The notes: generated by a model not told the origin, from the sequence alone. A stretch of DNA of 64,000 nucleotides from Tepidamorphaceae bacterium (GCA_028289445.1 JANQPO010000014.1:18620-82619), one strand, 5' to 3'. Positions 1-9,704 are shown, counted from the first letter of the stretch. Program-made: numbers and translations.

Positions 1-2
1 GC

Positions 3-875
3 TTCCCGACCCAAACCTGCGTCACGGAGACCAAGACCCAGCCTGTGATCGGTGAGGATGGCAAGATCATTACCGAGACGAAATATGTCGGCCTTGAAAG
101 CTACCGTAATCTGCTTGAGCCCGACCGCGCGCTGACGGCGCTGGGCAACTGGGATTGGGGATCGCTTCTTACGATCGATTTTTGGAAGGCGCTTCGCTTT
201 ACGCTGACCTTCACCCTGGTGACTCTGCCACTCGTGATTGGGCTTGGTCTTGCCATCGCCGTCGTCGTCAACAACACGGCGCGTCTCATTCGCGGACCGG
301 TGATCTTCGTTTCGCTCTTACCCTTCATCATCACGCCGGTGATCGGCGCGCTGTCGATCCGCTGGCTGTTCATTGGCGACGGCATCATGACGGCGTTTCT
401 CGAGTGGTGGCTGCAGCGCGACATCGCCATGTTCGCGCAGGGCTGGACCATCGAGTTGCTGATGATGTTCTACCGCGTTTGGCACGTCGCGCCGTTCGCA
501 TTCGTGGTGTTTTACGCCGGCCTGCAAACGGTCAATCAGGATACGCTCGAATCCGCCGTCATCGACGGCGCTTCGCGCTGGGAGCGGCTGCGCTATGTCG
601 TCATCCCACATCTCATGCCGCTGATCATTTTCATCGCGCTTATCCATCTCATGGACACGTACCGCGCTTTCGAGGAGATTGTCGGCTTCTCCAGCCAGGC
701 GTACCGCATCTCGCTGCAATGGCTGACCTATGACCTCCTTGTGCCCGACGACAGCGGCAACCGCGCGATCTCGCGGGCGTCGGCATCAGCCATGCTGACG
801 ATGATCGGGATCGTGATCCTGCTCGTTCCCTTGCTTCGCCGCACATGGCGGGACCATCGGGGAGGGTCGCACTGA
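3..875 (+). CDS. carbohydrate ABC transporter permease (MalF-like), 5'-truncated by window edge
   Basis: Frame open from position 3. Multiple TM segments and an EAA-like loop (ESAVIDGASRWERLRYVVIP). Confidence 0.9.
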   Translation, partial: FPTQTCVTETKTQPVIGEDGKIITETKYVGLESYRNLLEPDRALTALGNWDWGSLLTIDFWKALRFTLTFTLVTLPLVIGLGLAIAVVVNNTARLIRGPVIFVSLLPFIITPVIGALSIRWLFIGDGIMTAFLEWWLQRDIAMFAQGWTIELLMMFYRVWHVAPFAFVVFYAGLQTVNQDTLESAVIDGASRWERLRYVVIPHLMPLIIFIALIHLMDTYRAFEEIVGFSSQAYRISLQWLTYDLLVPDDSGNRAISRASASAMLTMIGIVILLVPLLRRTWRDHRGGSH

Positions 876-2032
876 TGAGCGCTGCCAAGACCATGCGCCA
901 GCCGTTCGGCTTGCAGCTTTCCGCCAACGCATTCCTCGCGATCTGGTGCCTGATCGCCGCGTTCCCGCTGTTCTGGATCATGGTGATGAGTTTCAAGGTG
1001 CCGGTGGACGCCTTTGCATCGAATCCGCTCGAGGTTGTCTTCGGTCCCGAAACGCGGGCTGCCGGCAAGGGGTTGTCGATCCTTGATATCGTCGTCGGCA
1101 TTGCCGCCCTCTTCTATATCGCTCGGTTGGCGGTCAACTGGCTGCCGGGCATGGTCGCGCGTTTCTCGCCGGGCGGACAGATTTGGGCCGGCTGGATCAT
1201 CGGGGCGCTGGCATTCGGGATCGCAGTCGTCGTTTTCTTGTTCGGTCTTCTGCCGCCCGTTCTGGGCGCCGTTAATGGCGTGCTTGGGCCGCTCGGCCAG
1301 CCGATCATTGGCCTGACGACTGAGCATTACAGCGCGGTGTGGGTGGAAAACGCCTTCTATCGCAACTTCCTCAACTCGATGCTTGTGACGACCGGCGTTG
1401 TGGTGATCTCGCTCACCGTCGGCACGCTCGCAGGCTACGGGCTCGCCCGGTCCGGTTCCGATCTTGCCTTCTGGCTCTTGATCATCGCGCTCATCTTTCG
1501 GGCGCTGCCGCATTCGGTGCTGGTCGCCGGTTACCTTCCGGTGTTCATCAATTCGGCCGAGTTTCTGCGGCCGATCCTGGGCGACGCGGCGCCGACGCTT
1601 TACGGTCAGCCCTATGCGGTGATCGCGGTTCTGGTCTCCATCAACCAACCGTTCACGATCTGGATGCTGCGCTCGTTCTTCCAGAATATCCCGACGGAAC
1701 TGGACGAGGCGGCGCGGGTCGATGGCTGCACCCACTTCCAGGCGTTCCGCTGGGTTATCATGCCGGTCATGTGGCCAGGGGTGATCACCACGGGTCTCTT
1801 CAGCTTCCTCTTGGCCTACAACGACCTCTTGGTGACTTCGCTGTTGCTCGACGCGCAGAACCAGACGATGGTTCCAGCGATCGCCGGCTATTTCAACCGC
1901 GAGACGACCACCACCGACCAAGTGGAAGCGGTGGCGGCGGCCGTGTCGATTATCGCGCCGCTTTTCCTCCTGGTTATGGTGTTCCAGCGCCAGATCGTCT
2001 CGGGCTTGACGGCCGGCGCGGTGAAGGGATGA
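875..2032 (+). CDS. carbohydrate ABC transporter permease (MalG-like) with extra TM insert
   Basis: TGATG overlap with the upstream gene, EAARVDGC motif and C-terminal GLTAGAVKG. Confidence 0.9.
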   Translation: MSAAKTMRQPFGLQLSANAFLAIWCLIAAFPLFWIMVMSFKVPVDAFASNPLEVVFGPETRAAGKGLSILDIVVGIAALFYIARLAVNWLPGMVARFSPGGQIWAGWIIGALAFGIAVVVFLFGLLPPVLGAVNGVLGPLGQPIIGLTTEHYSAVWVENAFYRNFLNSMLVTTGVVVISLTVGTLAGYGLARSGSDLAFWLLIIALIFRALPHSVLVAGYLPVFINSAEFLRPILGDAAPTLYGQPYAVIAVLVSINQPFTIWMLRSFFQNIPTELDEAARVDGCTHFQAFRWVIMPVMWPGVITTGLFSFLLAYNDLLVTSLLLDAQNQTMVPAIAGYFNRETTTTDQVEAVAAAVSIIAPLFLLVMVFQRQIVSGLTAGAVKG

Positions 2033-2565
2033 GCGGCGCGCGGCCCGAACAGGCGGTGCTCAGCCGCCATACGGACCTGTCCAAAACGGAGGAGACGCGT
2101 CGGGTCATCGAGACGATGGTCGACGGGCTCAATGACCATCGCATCGATGATATTGGCGAGTTCTTTGCCGAGACCTTTCGTTGGATGGGCAATTTCGGCT
2201 GCGGCTCCAAGAACGGCGTTCGCGAGTTTCAAGAGAACTGGCAGCGCCCCTTCCAGGCGGCGTTTTCCGACAAGGTCTGTGTCGACGAGGCGCGACTGTT
2301 CATGGGTGAGTGGGCGGCTGCCTTCGGTCGCCAGGAAGCGACGCACTCCGGCCCATTCATGGGCGTGTCGGCGACCGGAAAGCGGGTCGAGATTCGTTAC
2401 ATGGACTTCTGGAAAGTGGTTGACGGCAAAATCGTCGACAACTGGGTGATGGTGGATTTCCCCCACGTGCTTTCGCAACTCGGCGTGGATGTTTTCAACG
2501 GCGAGGGTTGGGAAAAGTTCGACCGACAGGAAACCGTGTCGCCGCGATCCGATCGGGTGGCGTGA
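2029..2565 (+). CDS. SnoaL-like ester cyclase / NTF2-fold protein (single domain)
   Basis: ATGA overlap. Motif H.G.FMGV.ATGKRVEIRYMDFW...DGKIVDNW. Confidence 0.8.
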   Translation: MSGARPEQAVLSRHTDLSKTEETRRVIETMVDGLNDHRIDDIGEFFAETFRWMGNFGCGSKNGVREFQENWQRPFQAAFSDKVCVDEARLFMGEWAAAFGRQEATHSGPFMGVSATGKRVEIRYMDFWKVVDGKIVDNWVMVDFPHVLSQLGVDVFNGEGWEKFDRQETVSPRSDRVA

Positions 2566-2605
2566 GCGCCTGTGAGAGGTGAATAAGGGAGTGGATCGTA
2601 TCTTA

Positions 2606-2621
2606 TTGCATACGCATGCAA
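2606..2621. promoter_or_regulatory. palindromic operator candidate TTGCAT-acgc-ATGCAA (GntR/FadR-like)
   Basis: 6-bp inverted repeat in an AT-rich gap about 60 bp upstream of the HisD-like gene. Confidence 0.5.
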
Positions 2622-2681
2622 ATTTGATAGGAGTTGAGTTGGTGTGATGGGTACGCGTTGGTCAGGGATAGGCGAAGCGAG

Positions 2682-4007
2682 ATGGCGGATTTTTTGAAGA
2701 CGGCGAAACCGGCAACCGAACGCGCCGAAGACGACGCGAAGGTGAAAGCGGTCGTCGAAGATACGCTGAAGGACATCGAGCGCCGTGGCGACCAAGCGGT
2801 GCGCGAACTATCGGAGAAGTTCGACAGCTATTCGCCTGCCTCGTTCAAGCTGTCACCGTCGGAGATCGAGGCAATCATCCAAAAAGTCTCGCCGCGCGAC
2901 ATGGCGGACATCCGATTTGCACAAACGCAAGTGCGCAATTTCGCCGAGGCGCAAAGGGCGTCGATGCTCGACATCGAGGTCGAGACCCTGCCGGGCGTCG
3001 TTCTTGGCCATAAGAACATCCCGGTCCAGTCGGTCGGTTGCTATGTGCCGGCCGGCAAGTTCCCGATGGTTGCCTCCGCCCACATGTCTGTGGCGACCGC
3101 CGACGTTGCCGGCGTGCCGCGTATCGTCGCGGCGACGCCGCCCTTCAAAGGCGAACCGAACCCGGCGGTGATCGCTGCCATGCATCTGGGCGGCGCGCAT
3201 GAGATCTACGTCATGGGCGGCATCCAGGCCGTTGGCGCCATGGCGCTTGGCACGGAGACGATTGAGCCGGTCCATATGCTGGTCGGTCCGGGTAACGCCT
3301 TCGTCGCGGAGGCGAAGCGCCAGCTGTATGGCAAGGTAGGAATCGATCTGTTCGCTGGGCCAACGGAAACCATGGTGATTGCCGACGAGACGGTCGACGC
3401 GGAGATGTGCGCCACCGATCTGTTGGGCCAGGCTGAGCATGGCTTCAACTCGCCGGCCGTTCTGGTCACCAATTCTCGCAGGCTTGCGGAGGACACACTT
3501 GCTGAAATCGAGCGTCTCCTTGCGATCCTTCCGACATCGGACACCGCGATGGCGAGCTGGCGCGACTACGGTGAAGTAATCGTCTGCGAGAGTTATGACG
3601 AGATGCTCGATGTCGCGAATGACATCGCCTCGGAGCACGTCCAGGTGATGACCGATCGCGACGAGTGGTTCTTGGAGAACATGCACTCGTATGGCGCGCT
3701 GTTCCTGGGTCCGCGCACCAATGTCGCGAATGGCGACAAGGTGATCGGCACCAATCATACGCTGCCGACGAAAAAGGCTGGGCGTTATACCGGCGGCCTA
3801 TGGGTCGGTAAATTCCTGAAGACCCACAGCTACCAAAAGGTTCTGACCGACGAGGCCGCAGCCGATATCGGCGCATACTGTTCCAGGCTTTGCATGTTGG
3901 AGGGCTTTGTCGGTCACGCCGAGCAGGCCAATATCCGCGTGCGCCGTTACGGGCGGCGCAATGTTCCCTATGGTGCTCCAGCCGAACCGCAGGAAGCGGC
4001 GGAGTAA
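2682..4007 (+). CDS. histidinol dehydrogenase-family protein (HpsN-like clade, not biosynthetic HisD)
   Basis: Motifs [28 protein letters not shown] and GDK..GTNH. No his genes nearby. Confidence 0.85.
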   Translation: MADFLKTAKPATERAEDDAKVKAVVEDTLKDIERRGDQAVRELSEKFDSYSPASFKLSPSEIEAIIQKVSPRDMADIRFAQTQVRNFAEAQRASMLDIEVETLPGVVLGHKNIPVQSVGCYVPAGKFPMVASAHMSVATADVAGVPRIVAATPPFKGEPNPAVIAAMHLGGAHEIYVMGGIQAVGAMALGTETIEPVHMLVGPGNAFVAEAKRQLYGKVGIDLFAGPTETMVIADETVDAEMCATDLLGQAEHGFNSPAVLVTNSRRLAEDTLAEIERLLAILPTSDTAMASWRDYGEVIVCESYDEMLDVANDIASEHVQVMTDRDEWFLENMHSYGALFLGPRTNVANGDKVIGTNHTLPTKKAGRYTGGLWVGKFLKTHSYQKVLTDEAAADIGAYCSRLCMLEGFVGHAEQANIRVRRYGRRNVPYGAPAEPQEAAE

Positions 4008-4045
4008 GGGCTGGTCCGCGTCGTTTCAGTGAGTCACATTGGTTC

Positions 4046-5092
4046 ATGGCCACCGACGTTCATACGCAAAACAAGGCGCTTCTCGAACCGTTGCGTCAGG
4101 CGCTTTACGACTACGAGCTGGCCTCTGTCCGTTCGGCGCTGAACGCATGCTTCGATCGCGACGCTTCGGTGCGCTTGGCCTATCCGTTCGAGGATCTTGA
4201 TGGACCGGACGGACTATTCGACTGCGCATATGCGCCGCTCGCGGCAGCGCTTCCCGACTTGGAACGGCGCGACACCATCGTCATGGCCGGTCCGACGCCT
4301 GAGGGCGACAACTGGATCGGGTGTGGCGGCTGCTATACGGGCACCTTTGCCGCGCCCTGGCTCGACATCCCGCCGACTGGCCATCAGATCGCACTGCGCT
4401 TCCACGAGTTCTTTCGGATCGAAGAGGGCCGGGTCGTGGAAATGCAGGCGCTGTGGGATATCCCCGAGGTGATGATGCAAGCGGACGCTTGGCCGATGGC
4501 GCCGAGCCTTGGCCGCGAGTGGCATGTGCCGGGACCTGCGACGCAAGACGGCCTCGTTCCAGGCCCTCACGACGAAGCGGCGGGCCGGGCGACCTGCCAG
4601 CACATCATCGATATGTTGACCTACATGAAAATGCACCCATCACTTGGTGGACCGGAGATGATGGAGATGGAGCGGTTCTGGCATCCGCGCATGAACTGGT
4701 ATGGCCCGTCCGGCATCGGCACCGGGCGCGGTATCCTCGGCTTTCGCCACTGGCATCAAATCCCGTTCCTGAACGCCATGCCGGACCGGGGACAATACGT
4801 CGACGAAGTCACCTATCACTTTTTCGGCGATCGCAATTATGCCGGAGTGACAGGCTGGCCGAACATGATCCAAACCATCACCGATGATGGCTGGCTGGGG
4901 ATCGCACCGTCAGGGCGCAAAATCACCATGCGCAGCCTCGATTTCTGGCGGCTCGAAAATGGCTTGATCCGCGAGAACTGGGTTCTGGTCGACCTTCTCG
5001 ATATGTATCGGCAGATCGGTGTCGACGTACTTGCGCGGATGCGTGAACTGGTCGCACCGCGCCGCAACCCGCAGATGACGGTGACGGCATGA
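4046..5092 (+). CDS. tandem SnoaL/ester cyclase-family protein
   Basis: Two NTF2-like repeats (WLDIPPTG...HEFFR and WLGIAPSG...LDFWRLENGLIRENW). Confidence 0.75.
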   Translation: MATDVHTQNKALLEPLRQALYDYELASVRSALNACFDRDASVRLAYPFEDLDGPDGLFDCAYAPLAAALPDLERRDTIVMAGPTPEGDNWIGCGGCYTGTFAAPWLDIPPTGHQIALRFHEFFRIEEGRVVEMQALWDIPEVMMQADAWPMAPSLGREWHVPGPATQDGLVPGPHDEAAGRATCQHIIDMLTYMKMHPSLGGPEMMEMERFWHPRMNWYGPSGIGTGRGILGFRHWHQIPFLNAMPDRGQYVDEVTYHFFGDRNYAGVTGWPNMIQTITDDGWLGIAPSGRKITMRSLDFWRLENGLIRENWVLVDLLDMYRQIGVDVLARMRELVAPRRNPQMTVTA

Positions 5093-5856
5093 CCGAACTG
5101 CCGCGTACGCCCTCGTTCCGACTTGACGGCAAAACGGCGCTGGTCGCCGGCGCCTCGCGCGGCATCGGGCTTGGCTGCGCCGTCGCGCTCGCCGAAGCCG
5201 GCGCCCATGTTGTCTGCGCGGCGCGTGGCGCGGATGCGCTGAACGAGGCCGTCGACGCGATGCGCGCGAACGGTCTCGCGGCCGATTCCCTCGTGCTCGA
5301 CATTGCCGACATCGATGCCGTTTCCGCGGCGATCGCAGGACTTTCCCGCCTCGACGTCTTCGTCAACAGCGCCGGGATTGCCCGTCATGGACCGGCGCTG
5401 GAGACCACACCGGAAGACTTCGATACCGTCATCGATGTCAACTTGCGCGGTGCCTATTTCGCCGCACGAGAGGCCGCGCAAAAGATGATCGCGGCTGGCC
5501 AAGGCGGCGCGATCATCACGCTGTCGTCTCAGATGGGCCATGTCGGCGGGATCGACCGTGCGGTCTATTCGGCATCGAAACACGCGGTCGAAGGCATGAC
5601 CAAGGCGATGGCGATCGAGTGGGGCGCCGCCGGCATCCGCGTCAACACGATCTGCCCCACCTTCATCCGCACGCCGCTCACCGAGACAACCTTTCAGAAC
5701 CCGGAACGTGTCGCGTGGATCGAATCGAAGATCAAGCTCGGTCGGGTTGGCCAGGTGGAAGATATCATGGGAGCCGTCGTGTTCTTGGCAAGCGATGCGG
5801 CCGCGCTGATCACGGGCACGGCGCTGCTGGTCGACGGCGGTTGGACAGCCGGGTAG
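5089..5856 (+). CDS. SDR family NAD(P)-dependent oxidoreductase
   Basis: Motifs GASRGIG, NSAG, YSASK and LLVDGG. ATGA overlap. Confidence 0.9.
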   Translation: MTELPRTPSFRLDGKTALVAGASRGIGLGCAVALAEAGAHVVCAARGADALNEAVDAMRANGLAADSLVLDIADIDAVSAAIAGLSRLDVFVNSAGIARHGPALETTPEDFDTVIDVNLRGAYFAAREAAQKMIAAGQGGAIITLSSQMGHVGGIDRAVYSASKHAVEGMTKAMAIEWGAAGIRVNTICPTFIRTPLTETTFQNPERVAWIESKIKLGRVGQVEDIMGAVVFLASDAAALITGTALLVDGGWTAG

Positions 5857-5862
5857 GGGGCA

Positions 5863-6840
5863 ATGGCGTTGGACGGCTTCAATCCGAAATGGAAGGACTT
5901 TCCGGACTACATCTTGGGGATCACCAAGGAAATCTGGGAAGACCGGCAGATTGGCACGCTCAATCGGTATTACGCCGACGATATCGTTGTGCGATCGCCC
6001 GCGTCTGTCGTCGTTGGTAATCAGGGCGTGATCGCGGCGACGATGGCGACGCTTGCGGAATTTCCGGATCGGCAGCTGCTCGGTGAGGATGTGATTTGGT
6101 CGCGGGATCCAAGCGGCCACTATCTGTCGTCCCATCGGATCGTTTCGACAGCGACCCATGCAAAAGACGGCGTTTACGGTAAGGCGACCGGAAAGACCCT
6201 GAAGTATCGCATCATTGCCGACTGCGCGGCACGCGCCAATGTCATCGACGACGAATGGCTGATCCGGGACCAGGGCGCGATCGTTCGCCAGCTCGGCTGG
6301 GAACCGAAGGACTATGCCGCCGATCTGATCGAACGCGAAGGCGGGCCGGAGAACTGCGTCCGTCCGTTGACGCCTTACACCGACAAGCCGGGTCCGTATG
6401 CCGGCGCCGGCAACGACGACGCCTGGGGCGTGCGCTACGCCGACATCCTGTCGCGGATCATGGCGGCGAACATGGCGACGATCCCACAGAGTTTCGATCG
6501 CGCCTGCCAGCTCGAACATCCTGGTGGCCTCACGGGTCACGGCTATGGCGACGCCGACGAGTTCTGGATGGGGTTGCGGGCGTCGTTTCCGAACGCAGAA
6601 TTCGCCATTCACCACCAGGTTGGCCGCGACGATCCGGACATGCCGCCGCGCGCGGCGCTGCGCTGGTCGCTTCATGGTCGCCACGAAGGCTGGGGGTCGT
6701 TCGGCACGCCGACCGGAACCGAAGTCTATGTTTTGGGCATCAGCCACGCCGAGTTCGGGCCCTGGGGGCTCAGACGCGAATACGTGGTTTTCGATGAGAC
6801 GGCGGTCTGGAAGCAAATCCATCTGCAAGCAGGACACTGA
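5863..6840 (+). CDS. tandem NTF2/SnoaL-like protein
   Basis: Two repeats (LAEFPD..H..DGVYGKATG and LRASFPN..H.GWGSFGTPTG). Confidence 0.7.
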   Translation: MALDGFNPKWKDFPDYILGITKEIWEDRQIGTLNRYYADDIVVRSPASVVVGNQGVIAATMATLAEFPDRQLLGEDVIWSRDPSGHYLSSHRIVSTATHAKDGVYGKATGKTLKYRIIADCAARANVIDDEWLIRDQGAIVRQLGWEPKDYAADLIEREGGPENCVRPLTPYTDKPGPYAGAGNDDAWGVRYADILSRIMAANMATIPQSFDRACQLEHPGGLTGHGYGDADEFWMGLRASFPNAEFAIHHQVGRDDPDMPPRAALRWSLHGRHEGWGSFGTPTGTEVYVLGISHAEFGPWGLRREYVVFDETAVWKQIHLQAGH

Positions 6841-6842
6841 CA

Positions 6843-7811
6843 ATGACACCGCAAGACATGGAATCCCGCATCGTTCGCTATGGCGATCTGAAGCCCTGCC
6901 GGACCGCCTTTATCGATGCCCATACACCCGGCTCTGATCAGAAGGAGAACTTCACCGTTATTGGTGGCGGTGTGTCGGAAAGTCCTGATCAGCACGTCCA
7001 CATCAAGGAGACGCCGGGTTTTAACATCGGCGCGGCCGGTCAGCCGCCGAAATGCCGCAACTCGCTCCATTCACATCGCACGGCCGAAGTGTTCTTCGTG
7101 CTCAAAGGTCGCTGGCGCTTCTTTTGGGGCCGCTGGGGGACCGCCGGCGAGGTGGTGCTGGAAGAGGGGGACATCTTCAACATCCCCACCGGAATCTTCC
7201 GCGGCTTTGAGAACATCGGGACCGACTACGGAATGATCATGGCGATCCTCGGCGGCGACGACGCCGGTGGTGGCGTGATCTGGGCACCGCAGGTGATCAC
7301 TGACGCGACGGACCACGGCCTGGTGCTTGGCGAGAACGGTGTTCTTTACGACACCAAGAAAGGTCAGGGGCTTCCGGACGGTATCAAGCCGATGCCGCTC
7401 TTGACCGACGAAGAATTGAAGACGTTTCCCGAGCCGACGACAGCCGATGTGATCCCGCACTACGTGGCGCGCTATTGGGACCTGATGGCGCTCGCAGACC
7501 GCCAACCGGCGAAGGTGATCGGTCCGGATGCGATGCTGGTGGATCGGCCGGGCTTCGAGGTGGACTTCATCACGCGAGGTTCCATACCGGAGGCACCGTA
7601 CGCGAGCGATCGCCACGAGGTTGTGATGGTTGTGCGTGGGCATTGGGCACTCGGAGTCGACGGTGAGGAGACGATCCTTGCGCCTGGCGACACCTGTGCC
7701 GTACCACCGGGCCTCTCACGCACGCTTGCCCCGTCGATGACCGGCGAGGCGAGCCTGTACCGCGTGCGCAACACCGACGATCCGGCGGGTTCGACCCGCG
7801 CGTTGATGTAA
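6843..7811 (+). CDS. bicupin protein
   Basis: HSHRTAEVFFVLKG...LEEGD...IPTG cupin motif, plus a second degenerate cupin (EVVMVVRG...LAPGD..AVPPG). Confidence 0.75.
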   Translation: MTPQDMESRIVRYGDLKPCRTAFIDAHTPGSDQKENFTVIGGGVSESPDQHVHIKETPGFNIGAAGQPPKCRNSLHSHRTAEVFFVLKGRWRFFWGRWGTAGEVVLEEGDIFNIPTGIFRGFENIGTDYGMIMAILGGDDAGGGVIWAPQVITDATDHGLVLGENGVLYDTKKGQGLPDGIKPMPLLTDEELKTFPEPTTADVIPHYVARYWDLMALADRQPAKVIGPDAMLVDRPGFEVDFITRGSIPEAPYASDRHEVVMVVRGHWALGVDGEETILAPGDTCAVPPGLSRTLAPSMTGEASLYRVRNTDDPAGSTRALM

Positions 7812-7824
7812 GGCGCCCACCACC

Positions 7825-8958
7825 GTGCCCCAAATCCTGACCACCCATGTCGGGTCGCTGCCGCGCACGCAAAAGGTCGTCGATTTCATCTTCGCCCGCG
7901 AGCGCGGCGAGCCCTATGACGAGGGTGTCTTCGACGCGACGATGACTGAAGCTGTCGATGAGACCGTTCGTCGGCAGAGGGAAGCCGGTATCGATATCGT
8001 GTCGGACGGTGAGGCCTCGAAGATCTCTTACGCGACCTATGTGAAGGACCGCTATACCGGTTTCTCCGGCGATAGCCCACGCAGCGCGCCGGCCGATCTA
8101 AGACTGTTCCCGACATTCTTGAAGAGGCTGGCGGAGTCAGGCGGCACGCCGCAATACGCGCGGCCGCTGTGCACCGGAGAGGTCAAGTCGAAAGGGCAGG
8201 GTGAGCTCCAAAAAGACATCGATAATCTCAAGGCGGCGATGCGCACGCATGGTGCGGCGCGCGGCTTCATGAACGCTGCATCGCCCGGTGTCATCTCGCT
8301 GTTCTTGCACAACGAGTACTATCCAAACCGTGAGACCTATCTAGAAGCGCTGGCCGACGTCATGCGCGAGGAATACGCGACCATCGCAGCGGCGGGTCTC
8401 GATCTTCAACTCGACTGTCCCGATCTGGCCCTGTCGCGCCACATGCTATTCGCCGATCTGTCCGACGCGGAGTTCGTCAAAATCGCCAACGCCCATGTTG
8501 AAGCACTCAATCATGCACTAGCCGATGTCCCGGAAGATCAAATTCGGGTTCACATCTGTTGGGGCAACTACGAGGGCCCGCATGTCTGCGATATCGGCAT
8601 GGACAAGGTGTTCTCCACCCTGATGAAGGCAAAGGCGCGCTACGTGTTGTTTGAGACGTCCAATCCGCGCCACGCCCATGAATGGACGGTGTTTCGCGAC
8701 CGCAAGGCGGATATCCCGGACGACAAGGTCCTCATTCCCGGCGTTGTCGACACGACCACGAATTTTGTCGAGCATCCCGAACTGGTTGCTGAGCGGATCG
8801 GTCGCTTTGTCGATATCGTTGGTGTGGACAGGGTGATTGCCGGCTCCGATTGCGGCTTCGGCACATTTGCCGGATTCGGCGCGGTCGATCCAGAGATCGC
8901 CTTTCACAAGCTCAAGGCTTTAGCCGAGGGTGCGGCGCTGGCTTCAAATCGCCTTTAG
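7825..8958 (+). CDS. cobalamin-independent methionine synthase II-like (MetE C-domain / epoxyalkane:CoM transferase-like) Zn enzyme
   Basis: Motifs TTHVGSLPR, SDGE, LQLDCP, HICWGN and GSDCGF. Single-domain length. Confidence 0.85.
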   Translation: MPQILTTHVGSLPRTQKVVDFIFARERGEPYDEGVFDATMTEAVDETVRRQREAGIDIVSDGEASKISYATYVKDRYTGFSGDSPRSAPADLRLFPTFLKRLAESGGTPQYARPLCTGEVKSKGQGELQKDIDNLKAAMRTHGAARGFMNAASPGVISLFLHNEYYPNRETYLEALADVMREEYATIAAAGLDLQLDCPDLALSRHMLFADLSDAEFVKIANAHVEALNHALADVPEDQIRVHICWGNYEGPHVCDIGMDKVFSTLMKAKARYVLFETSNPRHAHEWTVFRDRKADIPDDKVLIPGVVDTTTNFVEHPELVAERIGRFVDIVGVDRVIAGSDCGFGTFAGFGAVDPEIAFHKLKALAEGAALASNRL

Positions 8959-8969
8959 CGCACTGCATC

Positions 8970-9704
8970 ATGTCGCGCGAAACGCTTGTTCTGTTGCCGG
9001 GCATGATGTGCGATCGGCGACTTTTCGCGCCGCAGATCGCGCACTTTGAAGGCACCTTCGCCATCCATGTCGGTGAGCTGATCGGCGAGGACAGCGTGAC
9101 CGGATTGGCCGAGAAACTGCTGCGCGAGATCGAATCATCGCGCTTTTCCCTGGCTGGGCTGTCGATGGGCGGCATCATTGCGATGGCCATGGCAGGGTTA
9201 GCGCCGGAGCGGGTCAGCCGTTTAGCGATGTTGGATACCAATCATCGCGCGGACCCGCCTGAGCGCCGGCCGATCCGCGAAGCGCAGATCGCCGCCGTCG
9301 GCGAGGGGCGACTTGATGCGGTCATTGTTGAGGAAATGAAGCCAAACTATCTGGCGGCCGAGAATCGAGACGATTCCGCACTGCTAAATCTCTTAGTCGA
9401 CATGGCGATGGAGCTCGGGCCGGTCGCCTTCGTCAGTCAATCGGTGGCTTTGCGCGACCGCGCCGACCAATCGGCGGCACTTGCGAGCTTTCACGGTCCG
9501 TCACTCGTTCTTTGCGGTGAGGAAGATACATTGTGCCCGCCGGCGCGCCATCGCGAGATCGCGGCGCTTCTAGCGAATAGCGAACTCAAGATCATTCCCG
9601 GCGCCGGGCATATCGTAACACTTGAGCAGCCAGAGGCGGTCAACGCTGCGCTTGCGGCTTGGCTCGCGCGGCCGGCAGACCAACATCCCAGCCATGCGAC
9701 TTGA
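8970..9704 (+). CDS. alpha/beta hydrolase
   Basis: GLSMGG nucleophile elbow, CGEED and AGH. Confidence 0.85.
   Translation: MSRETLVLLPGMMCDRRLFAPQIAHFEGTFAIHVGELIGEDSVTGLAEKLLREIESSRFSLAGLSMGGIIAMAMAGLAPERVSRLAMLDTNHRADPPERRPIREAQIAAVGEGRLDAVIVEEMKPNYLAAENRDDSALLNLLVDMAMELGPVAFVSQSVALRDRADQSAALASFHGPSLVLCGEEDTLCPPARHREIAALLANSELKIIPGAGHIVTLEQPEAVNAALAAWLARPADQHPSHAT

Noticed and set aside
1339-2028. Long N-terminal extension of the SnoaL ORF, and similar extensions at 3890, 15788, 25994, 46955 and 53639
   Set aside because: They overlap upstream genes or promoter regions. Downstream starts with stop/start coupling or SD sequences fit better.
2682-4007. Calling this gene hisD or hpsN
   Set aside because: Context and motif differences do not support either orthology without a phylogeny.
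5089-5856. SDR as HpsO
   Set aside because: It lacks the features I recall for HpsO, so only a generic SDR call is supportable.
4837-6849. 670-aa minus-strand ORF and other long antisense ORFs (728-1921, 32127-33272, 40321-41499, 52413-53723)
   Set aside because: Shadow frames of well-supported genes in high-GC DNA, with no family motifs.
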